Part shown: one piece after another, positions 12,755 to 23,870 of the stretch
Numbering within the stretch: position 1 is the first letter of the stretch
Layout of the letters: each line of letters starts with the position of its first letter
DNA from: Octopus sinensis
Lineage: Eukaryota
NCBI RefSeq assembly: GCF_006345805.1
Contig: NC_043001.1
Span: 27,466,001-27,530,000 of the forward strand
Direction: 5' to 3'
Length of the DNA stretch: 64,000 nucleotides
The notes under the pieces: generated by a model
Database searches by the model: none
Seen by the model: the letters and a program-made list of their open reading frames with translations, nothing else
Told to the model about the DNA's origin: nothing
Made by a program: the position numbers and the translations under genes

Positions 12755-13120
12755 GTGCAGGTGTGGCTGTGGTTAAAAAGTTTGCTTCCCAACCATATGG
12801 TTTTAGGTTCAGTCCCATTGTGTGGCATTTTGGACAAGTATCTTCTACATAGACCCAAGCCAACCACAGCTTTGTGCACAGATTTGATAGATGGAAACTG
12901 TGAAGAAGCCTGTTGCATATATGTGTGTGTGTGTGTGTGTGTGTTTGAGTCTCCTTGTCTTGACGTTGCTTAATGCCTGGCCATGGAGAAATATTAGCTT
13001 GCTTGGAAACATGTGATGATTAATGGCAGGAAGGGTATCTAGCTGTAGAAAAATCTACCTAAAAAAACTCCATTTGGCCCAAGCAAGTATGGAAAAGTAG
13101 GCATTAAAATGATGGTGATG
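12755..13120 (+). mobile_element. tRNA-derived CORE-like SINE whose 3' end resembles the RTE 3' terminus
   Basis: tRNA-like head (GGTTCAGTCCC), GGACAAGTATCTTCTAC core, central (TG)n, and tail AGGAAGGG..TCTAGCTGTAGAAAA...GATGGTGATGAT. Related copies at about 16085-16285 (-), 20740-20880, 21340-21620, 28120-28290, 39430-39610 and 48085-48480. Confidence 0.7.
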
Positions 13121-13428
13121 ATGTATTAACCCAACTTTATGAATAGAGATACATTTAGTTACACAATTATTGCTGTTAACATATGCAACTAGTGGGGATT
13201 TTTTTAATGATTCTTCAGATAGTAAAGGTGAGGGGTGGAGGTGAGCAATAAGTTTGTTGCCAACCAAGTTTACAACCCATTTCTGTTTCCTAACAGAAGA
13301 TTTACATCCCTTAAAGGCAAAGACATAAAAGTTATACAACCTCATTTTCCATCTACAGTGTCATACTTAATGATATATGCACACAGTTGGTAAACCTATT
13401 CTAGTGCTATTTATCCTGAAATAACATT

Positions 13429-13695
13429 CGCTCAGAGTAAAAGGTAGACTGTAGGACGCATTTGTATGAACAGCCATGGTACATGGCAGTGAAACATGGG
13501 CCGTGACTGCTGAGGACATGCGTAAGCTTACAAGGAATGAAGCCAGTATGCTCCGATGGATGTGTAATGTCAGTGTGCAGACTCGACAGTGTAAGTACCT
13601 TGAGAGAAAAGTTGGACCTAAGAATCATCAGATGTGATGTGCAAGAGAGACGACTGCACTGGTATGGTCATGTGGCGAGAATGGATGAGAATGGA
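13429..13695 (+). mobile_element. Internal RTE RT fragment flanked by a 24-bp direct repeat
   Basis: GSETWAVTAEDMRKL.RNEASMLRWMCNV...QERRLHWYGHVARMDENG; TGCTATTTATCCTGAAATAACATT at 13405-13428 and 13696-13719. Confidence 0.85.
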
Positions 13696-13879
13696 TGCTA
13701 TTTATCCTGAAATAACATTTCTTATGGACATGCTGAGTTAAAACACAATAAATAACAGAGGGACATGAAAATTTGTCTTAACAGTGGCCAGAGAGAATGC
13801 GAGATGAATTTTAGCCTTTTCAGTGTTGTGTAGCCAGCCATATAAAGATAATTTCATATGTGATTTTATTTATTAATAA

Positions 13880-14125
13880 TATTTTAAAGAAAATGGAAAT
13901 CTCAAATACAGAATAACTGTGAAAGTAGCTTAGAAGATTGAATAAATACCCTTAGAAGACAGGAAAAAAGTGGCCAGCAAGCCACTACAGAAAACTGAAC
14001 CCTGTACCTCTTAAATTCCAGCTTTCTGGTCACTTTTTTCCATCTTCTAAGAGTATTTATCTGATCTTCTAAGCTGTTTTCACAGCTGTTCCCCATTTGA
14101 GATTTCCTTTATTTTCTGTAAAATA
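13880..14125. mobile_element. Palindromic MITE-like element (about 95-bp imperfect arms)
   Basis: 13880-13977 is inverted relative to 14026-14125; TA at both outer ends. Confidence 0.7.
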
Positions 14126-15031
14126 CCAACTCATTCAGCACTTCAAAGTTTGTTTCCAAAAATATCTTAAAACTTTATTTGAAAAATAATTTGTTTAAAT
14201 ATTGTAGATATATGATTAGTTTTATTCCTAATTTCAACTTGTGGAAAGTAACTGGTGTTAAAACACATTTACGAACAAATCACTTTGTTTCAGTTTGTTG
14301 GCAATTAACATATTTAATCTCTAATTGGTAATTTATTGGTTACTAATATATTTACATTTAATTTTCATTTCCTATGCAATTGAATGAACAGTCTTATATA
14401 TTTGGCAAATGCCCATAATGCTATGATTTACAGATAAGGTCAGAATAATACAGAAATATGTGAGGAGTTGTCTCTTGTACACACTATAAAAATGAAAATA
14501 AAATTAGTCATTAACCAAACAATGTATTTTTCTCACTGCATATTTATTTCCAGTAGGATTTTTAATGTTCCATCTATTAAAAATGCTAACATCGAGTTAG
14601 AGTTAAAATTTCTAACACAAAGTATATTTGACATATATTTCTGCTACTATTTCTACTTTTTATAATGTGTTATCATTTATGATAGTGTAAATATTTATAA
14701 TGATATTATTTATTTTGCTTCTGTTGAAGGGCCGAGGATGGCAGAACCAATAAAACACTGAACAGAATTCCTTGCATTATTTAACATCCTTTCATGTTCC
14801 ATATTCAAATCCTGCTGTGATTGAATCTACTTTTTAACTTAATCAATACAGAATCACTTTTAGCAATTGGTGCTTCTTTGTTGTATCTTTCTTATATGAA
14901 ATGGTGGTGTATTGCACAAGTTTTAGAGAAAACAGCTTTTCTAACTTCTCCGTCATCATATAAAGTAATAAATTTCAAAAATACACATTCAGGAGTTCTT
15001 ACACACAGTCATAACATTCATACTTATTCAC

Positions 15032-15065
<34 letters not shown>

Positions 15066-15071
<6 letters not shown>

Positions 15072-15447
15072 CTGAAGTTGTCTATGTGTGGCAGGTTTGC
15101 TAGCCTTCAACTAACACTATCTCCTCCAAGACCCTGCGGCGCAAGTTAACCAAAATTGAGAGTATGATAGAAGAAGGCTTGCTCTTCATTCCGTAGAAGA
15201 TAAAATTTGAATTGGACCATGTTAAGACCAAAAATTATTTACATCAAAGAGGTGCTTTTTTTTCTATGAAAATCTGGGTTTTTTTACGATTTTTGACTGC
15301 TGTGTCGCCATTTTTTGGTGTATTTCAACCAGAAAAATGTTCACTTAAAGAGAATAACAAGCTACATAATGCAAACCTTTTACTTTTCAAAAATTCCAAT
15401 TCTAAAGGGTCAAAACAAACCCGAGCAACGCCAGGTGATACTGCTAG
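15066..15447 (+). mobile_element. Non-autonomous Helitron-like element
   Basis: 5' TATAAAGCTGAAG start within (TA)n; 3' CCCGAGCAACGCCAGG imperfect hairpin followed by CTAG then T. Confidence 0.65.
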
Positions 15448-18390
15448 TATATATATATATATACAACTCTACAACCAAAAAAATATATATCTATATGAGA
15501 ACTATTAACACACTGACTAAAGTTGATAAATTGATTATCTACTATGAACTGTCAACTAATGGATGGTAATTCTAATGACTTTTTAGCACACAAACAGAAA
15601 ATATGACTAAGGGCAATTTGATGACCAATGTGATAGAGTACATACATTGAAAGCTACATAGATCCATTCATGTGAAAGTTATTTTTAGGTAACTTTGAGT
15701 GGATAATTGATGAGGAATATGAAACTCAAGGACAAAAATTACATTTGACATTCATGAGTCAATTTCTGTGACAGTAAAAGCTTAAGTAGTGAAATAAACA
15801 GTGGTGGTGGCAAGGATATTGTCACACTGATGATGGAAGTGCTGCTCAAAAGGTATTCAGAGGATGACACATTCTCTTATTCTTTTACTTGTTTCGGTCA
15901 TAAGATGGTGGTCATGCTGGGGTACTGCCTTGAAGAATTGAAGAATTCTAGTTGAATGAATCTTCCCCATACTGTTTTTTTTTTAAGTCTGGTACTTGTT
16001 CTATCATTTCTTTTGCTGAACTGCAAAGTTATGGGGAACATAAACACACTGACACTGACTGTCAAGTGGTGAGGGGAGGGGACAGACACAGATACAAAGA
16101 CATGTGAGCAAGCACATACACACACATATACGGCAGGATTCTTTTAGTTTCCATCTATAAAATCTACTCACAAGACTTTGGTTAGCCAGAGGATATAATA
16201 AAAGACACTTGCCCAGTGTGCCACACAATGGGACAGAACCTGAAACCATGTGGCTGGGAAGCAAACTTCTTAGCACACAACCTCTATTTTCTTCTTAAAT
16301 ATAAGAATATTAATACAAGTACTTCTATATCACAATTATTGTAACCTTCATCTTCTAATACAAAAGAAAATTCCTGAAAAATTATAAATGTCGTTTTTAA
16401 AAAATCCTTTATGACAAATATATTATCAGTTTTATTACACACTCCTCATGCTGAGGACACGTGCATGAAGCACATTGAACAGAATACTCTACAATATCGA
16501 GATTAGCACCTAACTGTTATGAGTTCAAATTCCACTTAGGTTCATTTTGCTTTTTTTTTCCTTCAAAGATTTTAAACTAAGCTTAATAAAATATATCATC
16601 AATATCTATTTTGGTTATTCTCAGCCAAAATAAATCATTATTAGTTTCTATTTTTACATACGAGATGTGAAAGATAGATCAAAATTTGTATTTCTTATGT
16701 TCCAAATAAAAGAAAAATGTATAATATCTTTTGGAAAATATGCATACAAATATTCAAGATTAATGACTACTGCACTATTGCTATTCTCGAGAACTTGTCT
16801 ATGTATATACACGTTAGTAATATACACATTGGTAACCAGCCAAGATCTTTTTCAGAAGCAACAGTGGATCGTAGCTATCCTAATTCCAGAATGCACCATG
16901 GCAAATAAAGAAAAAGAAAAAGAAGAAGAATTAAATGGATACAAACTATCTTCTCTACTTATTAATAAAAGGAGTTAGGGACGGGATCATTCAAAAAGAT
17001 TCACAAATATTTTGGATGGGGAGGGGGTGTTGATATGCGTCAGTTTGAGAACCACTATTATGGTGGATTTATTTGTTTCTATTCTTTACTGGTCCTTTTG
17101 TGGCACAGAGTAAAGTAGACCTTGCCGTCCAATCAAGAAAACACTAGTAAATGATCCACAAGCACTCAGGCAAACTGAGTCTTTAACTTATTCCATTTGC
17201 CAAAAAGGCTTGCAAGGCACCAGCAGGCCTTAAGAGACACATTCATGTCCATAGAACATGATTACCATTTTATTTTACTGAACCCTCATTTGTCGTTCAC
17301 AATGAGAGAATCCCTAACACACACACACACACAGTAATGTAGCTACATGTGTGTTGATTGTGATTTCTTTTCCTTCTTTGAACTTTTCCCTTTCATCTTT
17401 CCGACGAAGAGCTATGCTCAAAACATCAAATTCTCTCCTTTCAATAAGCATCAAGCTAATACATTTCTTATGCACGTCATTATGGTATCCGTTCTTATTC
17501 GTTTATTTGAATTGATTATATAAATATATAAATTTGAGCTAAGAAATGTTCTGTTTACAATGTTATATTTCAATTTGTACAGTAAATGAATTAACTAAAA
17601 TGTTGTTTTAGTAAATTCATTTGCGTTACACACTGGAATATAATATTGTAAACTATAACAAACGTTCGTTCATTCATTTACATAAATAACTTATTGTAAT
17701 ATTAACTAAAACGGTTTTATAAATCAAGGGACATAACTTGCACATTGAATACAAAATAGCTCAGGGAACATCAAAGCTGTATGAAATAATGTGCTGAGTG
17801 ATACTCTATGTTAGTTCAATGACCATATAGTTGCTCATGTTACCGTTGTCTACATTCTATTGGAGTTGTCTCTCTTGCCCTTTGTGATCAGAATTGATCA
17901 GTTAAGTGAACTGTATAGTGACAACTCAACAGTTGTAGGTTATTTTGAGAGGAACAAATAGAATATAAGAAAATGAGATATATATCTTCCAAAGGTATTA
18001 AGTGATTGAGATTATGTGCTGAATCAAGAGATGCAGCACAAAGTTTTGTCAGTGAACAGTTCATGGTTTCAAAGTGACGAAAATATTTTGACACAAATTA
18101 AATTTACATGTTGAAGTGAATCTAATGGTTTTTTTGTGTGTTCTTAAATGGCTTACAAACATCTTCAATGCTGCAACATTAAGAATAAGAAATGGAATTG
18201 CTTCAGAATATGAAATGTGAGACTTTGATTCAAGAACAAACAACTGTACATACAGGATTCAAAATGATTAAACATTATAGGTGCAAGGAGAAGCAGAAGA
18301 AAGCCTAGAATAAATTAATAGATTAATGAATTAATCAAGTTCTTTGACCAGAATCTAGGTTTGAAAATGGCCTAGATTATATATATATAT

Positions 18391-18715
18391 AATGAAATTA
18401 TTGTATACAGTGCACCACAACTTGTCAAAAGTGCATATAAAGTATATGCAGTAATGTACAAATGTCTGGAAAGCGAACAGTGTATGAGTCAGATACATGC
18501 TTGTGTGTGTATGGAGGGGGGAAAATCAGATGTAGTGTTGGCGAATCTCAGGAAGCATGGAAGTTTCGAAGGATGCAGTGCTCCGACAACTAACAACTGA
18601 TGCTGGCAGTCTGTTCCATGCTTCAACAAATCTTAGCGTGAAAAAATGTTTCTGAAAGTCATGGGAACTGTGCTGTTTTCTGACTTTGTAAACATGTCCA
18701 CGGGTGTTAGACAGG
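18391..18715 (-). mobile_element. CR1-type LINE 3' end
   Basis: TRGH.YK....S.....KHFFT.R.VEAWN.LP..VV C-terminal motif plus 3' UTR. Confidence 0.85.
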
Positions 18716-19695
18716 TGCAATATAGAAATTTTAATTTCATATAACATAATTTTAAAAAAAACAATTATTTTCTAATGTATTGTTAAGAGAAACATAAACT
18801 GTAGTACTTGAGAAGGTTCAAGTGAACATTACAAGCCCAGACCCACAGTATAAAAAAAGTAAGTTATCAAATGCCCAAGCATAGAGAAGTGCATGACTGA
18901 CAACCAAGATATGTTGATGTAATGATGAAAGTAATGTACTGAACCATAATATCATGACTTACTACATTATGTTAGAAAAGTGAAAAGGAATATTCATTTG
19001 TGTAAAGATCAATCCTGAACTAGAAAACAAATGAGACAACTCCAAAATTTTGATTAGAGTAATTAAAAATAGAACATAGGTAATGGATTCCTTGCATTCC
19101 TAACCTTTCTATGCAGATACGAGGTTGGTCAATTTGGGTCAAACATCAGCATTTGATCAGTATCCTACTCCTTTCCTTCCTTTTCAGTTTTTATTTTTTT
19201 TATTGTGGGGTGTATTGTCATAAGATTTAAAGCTTAAAATATGAATAACTATTTCGAAGTTAATTCTTTTAGGAAGACTTGGTTGTTACATTGTAGAAGC
19301 TCCCACCTTGGCTCAAACCAAAGTATGCTGATAGAGAAAAACAATATAAAGAAAAAAGCTTTAAAACAATATATCTCTCCAACTATTTTTTTTTCAGATG
19401 AGGTGAGTAAACAAGTGAAAAGTGGTGATGATGTATGTATTTGATAGTTACTTGAACAGTCAAGGGGTCATTGTTGATAAAAAAAAAGTTTGCAGAATGG
19501 AGTTTCAAAATGTTACAGACAGATTAAATTTCAATGGGGCTCAAGGGAAATTTAATTCATCAAATGATAGGGTTACAAGTAGAAATTTTTTCAGCTCATT
19601 AATTATAATGAGGGAAAGCTCTGAGGCTGTCACTGCACCATGAAATTATATTTGCAGGCTTTCAAACATACACGCACATATGTACACATAGACAA

Positions 19696-19696
<1 letters not shown>

Positions 19697-19726
<30 letters not shown>

Positions 19727-19820
19727 TGTATGTATGTATATGTATGTATGTATGTATGTATTTTTGTATGTATGTATGTATGTATTTTTGTATGTATGTA
19801 TGTATGAATGTATATATGTT
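19697..19820. repeat. (TATG)n microsatellite
   Basis: Directly visible. Confidence 0.95.
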
Positions 19821-20884
19821 CGCATGTATGTATGTTACTTGAATATAAATATATAATACAAAGTATATTATATTTTTGGCATCCGTCACTCTCAAAGGAC
19901 AACGGAACTATTCCACTGATGTCTACTTTTGGTGCAGGCCTGGGCAGGGTGGTGTGGATAACCAGTTATTGATCACACAACAGTTTTCTCTACTCTACAA
20001 CACTGGTATGGCACAAAGAAAATGGAACTTAGAACCAGAGTTGGCACAGAAAATGCCATAATGACTCCAGTTCCAGATTCAACCTCATGGTTTACTCTTT
20101 TGTACTGGTAATAGTGTTTGGGTACGGCTGTTATGCAGCAGACTTTTTAAATCAGAGATGACTTTCTTTTAACTGGATTAGTGATCCAAATTTATTAATC
20201 TTACCTACCCAAAGAAGTATATAAACATCATGAATTAGCACACACAGATGCATGTGCATTGCGACTATATGCATGTGCATGTGTGTACATATTTGTACAC
20301 ACACACACATGCATTTACATTCACAGAACAACATCACAAACTACTATTTGATAAACATTCTTTCTGTAATGAGTTAGAGTCTCCTGCAAGTTTTCAGTAT
20401 TTAAATAAAACTTATTAACAAGTTTTTAATTACTAATTAAAAGTCCTTTTCTGAAATCATAAAAATAGCAACTAAGCTATTGTGAGGTGAGCAGAGGTTA
20501 GTGTCATCAAACATTGTATTACAGAACATCTGTTGTCACTACTGTTATGTTATTATTGAGTTGTCTAATTAAGCATGTTTTATTTCAGTGATATGGAAGG
20601 AAATAACCTAACGAGAGTTTCAGAGCAACCTATGGTCTCTCACTAAATATATGAAATGCTCCAGACAGATCCATTATCATACTGAGCACTGAGTTATATA
20701 AAAATAGTTGGAAATAGGGAAGGTTTTTCTACAGAGTCACCCAGCTTGCTTCTTCACTATGTGGTCTCAGGTTCAATCCCACTGTGCAGTTCTTTGGCAA
20801 GTGAGTTCTACTTGCAGCCCCAGACCAACCAAAGTCTTGTGATTAGATTTAGTAGACAGAAACTGAAAGAAGCCCATTGTCACG

Positions 20885-21055
20885 TAAAAGCACCCACTAC
20901 ACTCTCAGAGTGGTTGGCGTTAGGAAGGGCATCCAGCTGTAGAAACTCTACCAGATTAGATTGGAGTCTGGTGCAGCCATCTGGTTCACCAGACCTCAGT
21001 CAAATTGTCCAACCCATGCTAGCATGGAAAGCAGATGTTAAACGATGATGATGTA
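20885..21055 (+). mobile_element. RTE 3' terminal fragment with (GAT)n tail
   Basis: Near-identical to 42450-42620. Confidence 0.75.
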
Positions 21056-22124
21056 TGTATGTGTAAGGCAGCGAGGTGGCAGAATCGTTAGCATGTCAGG
21101 CAAAATGTTTAGCAGTATTTTGTCTGCTTTTATGCTCTGAGTTCAAATTCATCTTTACTTTTCATCCTTTTGGGGTTGATAAAACAAATACCAGTCAGCA
21201 ATTAGGGCCAATGTAATCGACTTACTCCTAAGCTGATATTGCTGGTTTTGTGCCAAAAGTTTTAATCAATGTGTGTGTGTGTATGTGTGTATGTATGCAT
21301 GTATTTATGTATTTATGTACATATGTATGGATGTAGGCAGATAGCTAGGTTGGTAGCTAAGTGTGTGTATATGTGAACCCTTGTTCCGACATCACATGAT
21401 GGTTGCAAATGAGTATCACTATCAAACAAGTGAGGCTGTTGTTTGTTTCCTGTCCTTCATGAATGAAAATATCTGGTCAAGGGAAATAATACCCTGCCTA
21501 CAAAAGGATGAGGGCTTGTGACAGGAAGGGCATCCAGCCATGAAAAAAAAAATCTCTGCCTCAACAAATTCTGTCTGACCCATGCAAACATGGAAAAAGT
21601 GGACACTAAATCAATAACGATGCGCTGGTGATAACGATGATGACAACAGCGCCAATGATCAGAATGGTGGTGGTGGAGGTGGTGATGATGATATATGGAT
21701 GAAATATCTATAGCCTGAAAATTGACCTAGTCAATGATATGTGTCTATCTGTGGGGTTGTTTGTATGAATAACTATTGAAATAAAAATAAATTGGTCCTT
21801 ATTTAGAGCAATTCATTCTTATGTCTTTGTATTTGTTTCCCAATGGGGCACTCTGTCTAAATATCATTTCAGCCTTTTCTCATTTTTTATTTAATATTTA
21901 ATACTTCAAATCCCTATCGTCACAGAAAAATGTTCATTAAAAGGTATTAAAAAACAAAAGTATGTCAAATTACAAAGGGCAACAATGTTTGTTTCAATTC
22001 AGTACAGACATATGCATGCACACATAGACATATACAAACATAGACATGCTATACACACAAGCAATAGACATATTAATTGCTAATAAGTACAGATTATTAT
22101 TATTATCATTATCATTATTATTAA

Positions 22125-22521
22125 GGCGGTGAGCTGGCAGAATCATTAGCACACTGGGTAAAATGCTTAGCGGTATTTTGTCTGCCACTATGTTCTGAGT
22201 TCAAATTCCGCCAAGGTCAACTTTGCCTTTCATCCTTTTGGGGTCGATTAAATAAGTACCAGTTATGCACTGGGGTCAATATAATCAACTTAATCCATGT
22301 GTCTGTCCTTGTTTGTCCTCTCTGTGTTTAGCTCCTTGTGGGTAGTAAAGAAATAGGTATTTTGTCTGCCACTATGTTCTGAGTTCAAATTCTGCCGAGG
22401 TCAACTTTGCCTTTTATCCTTTTGGGGCCAATAAAATAAGTACCAGTTGAACACCATGGGATCAATGTAATTGACTTAACCCCTTCCCCAAAATTGCTGC
22501 CCTTGTGACAAAATTTGAAAC
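22125..22521 (+). mobile_element. tRNA-derived SINE family A, full copy plus tandem partial copy
   Basis: GGCGGTGAGCTGGCAGAATC head and B-box-like GAGTTCAAATTCC; (ATT)n flanks. Further copies at about 21067-21270, 23373-23585, 35055-35265, 35270-35482, 50385-50600, 50610-50815, 57225-57410, 57425-57610, 61530-61660 and 62040-62170. Confidence 0.85.
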
Positions 22522-22544
22522 TATTATTATTATTATTGTTATCA

Positions 22545-23300
22545 ATTATGGTTTCATTTCACTATAACTTTATTTCAGCTGCCTTAGTACTGGGCATCCT
22601 CTGGAGGCCAAGAGTAGGGAGGGCACTTTTGTTTTGCTATGCATGCTAAAATTATCACCACATTTGTTCCATTTTAGATGGAGAGTGCTTTCCCTAGTAT
22701 ATGGGCTGTACCCATCAAGGTTGTCTTTTGTAGTTCATGGAGACTGGAGTTACCAGGGAGTTGCTTAATATACTCCTCAGCTCCCTTCTTTATCATTCCC
22801 AATGCACCAATTATTACTGGTATTATCATAGTACTAAGGTTCCACATTTTTGTGATTTCAATTTGCAGATCTTTATAGTGAGAAAGTTTTTTGTATTTCT
22901 TTCTTTTGATCTTGTGGGACAGATATATCTGTTAACAGACAAGTTCCTCTGTTGCAGTCCTTGATCACAATGTCTGGTCGATTGGAATCAATTTTTCTGT
23001 CTGTTAGTATTGGGAAGTTCCAAAGGATGGTGATGCCCTCACCATTTACTACATCCACTGGATGGTGCCTGCACCACTTATCATAGAATTTAATTTTGTA
23101 GTATTTACAAGCATCCCAGTGGATGTACTGCCCTCGTCTGTCATGTCTTATGAGGTACTCCTTTTCAGTGAGGACTGGGCAGCCAAAAACAACATGATCA
23201 ATTGTCTCTGTGAATATTCCGCAAATTCGGCACGAGGTGTCAGATCCATCATTAAGGACGTTTGCATGGTAGTTTCTGGTAGGTAAGCTCTGATCTTAAG
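22545..23300 (-). mobile_element. 5'-truncated REL-endonuclease LINE with intact 3' end
   Basis: CRICGIFTETIDHVVFGC (CCHC), ILWNFPILTDRKIDSNRPDIVIKD, and LQKTTLMGTAHILGKALSI*; the 3' UTR runs into (AAT)n. Confidence 0.88.
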
Positions 23301-23599
23301 CTTGTATGAATGTATGTTTTTTATTATTGTTGTTGTTGTTGTTGTTGTTGTTGTTATTGTTGTTGTTATTAAGGCAGTGAGCTGGCAGAATCATTAGCGT
23401 GCTGCATGAAATGCTTATCAATATTTCGTCTGTCTTTACGTTTTGAGTTCAAATTCTGCCAAGGTCGACTTTGCCTTTCATCCTTTCGGGGTTGATGAAT
23501 TAAATACCAGTGAAACACTGGGGTTGATATAATCGACTAGTCCCTTCCGCCAAAATTTCAAGCCTTGTATCTTTAGTAGAGAGGATTATTATTATTATT

Positions 23600-23870
23600 T
23601 TATGTTTGACTTTTGCTTTACATTTGTACAAGTTGGCTCCAAGTCTCACTCAGAGACCTCCAGAGACAAGTTGGAAGTTCATGTTGGTGCTATGCCTAGG
23701 GTGCCATAGTGTTGTTCTAGAGACAATTTAGGAAACCATAAGAAAATTAAGTGTTTGTTTTTAAACTTGAGATTACTTAGAAAGTATTTTGCATAGGATA
23801 TGGGCATTTCCCATGAGCACTGTCTTTTGAATTTCTGCCATTTTGGGGTTTCCTGATATCTGAGCTAGGT
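23600..23870 (-). mobile_element. REL-endonuclease LINE 3' terminus
   Basis: AEIQKTVLMGNAHILCKILSK* plus 3' UTR ending at (AAT)n at 23584-23600. Confidence 0.7.

Noticed and set aside
17100-17260. C2H2-like SICQKACKAPAGLKRHIHVH as a zinc-finger gene
   Set aside because: Single isolated finger with nearby stops; more consistent with the C-terminus of a decayed LINE ORF.
22125-22220. tRNA gene calls for SINE heads (also 45084-45160 and 12755-12820)
   Set aside because: A/B-box-like motifs are present, but there is no complete cloverleaf and each continues into a multi-copy SINE body.
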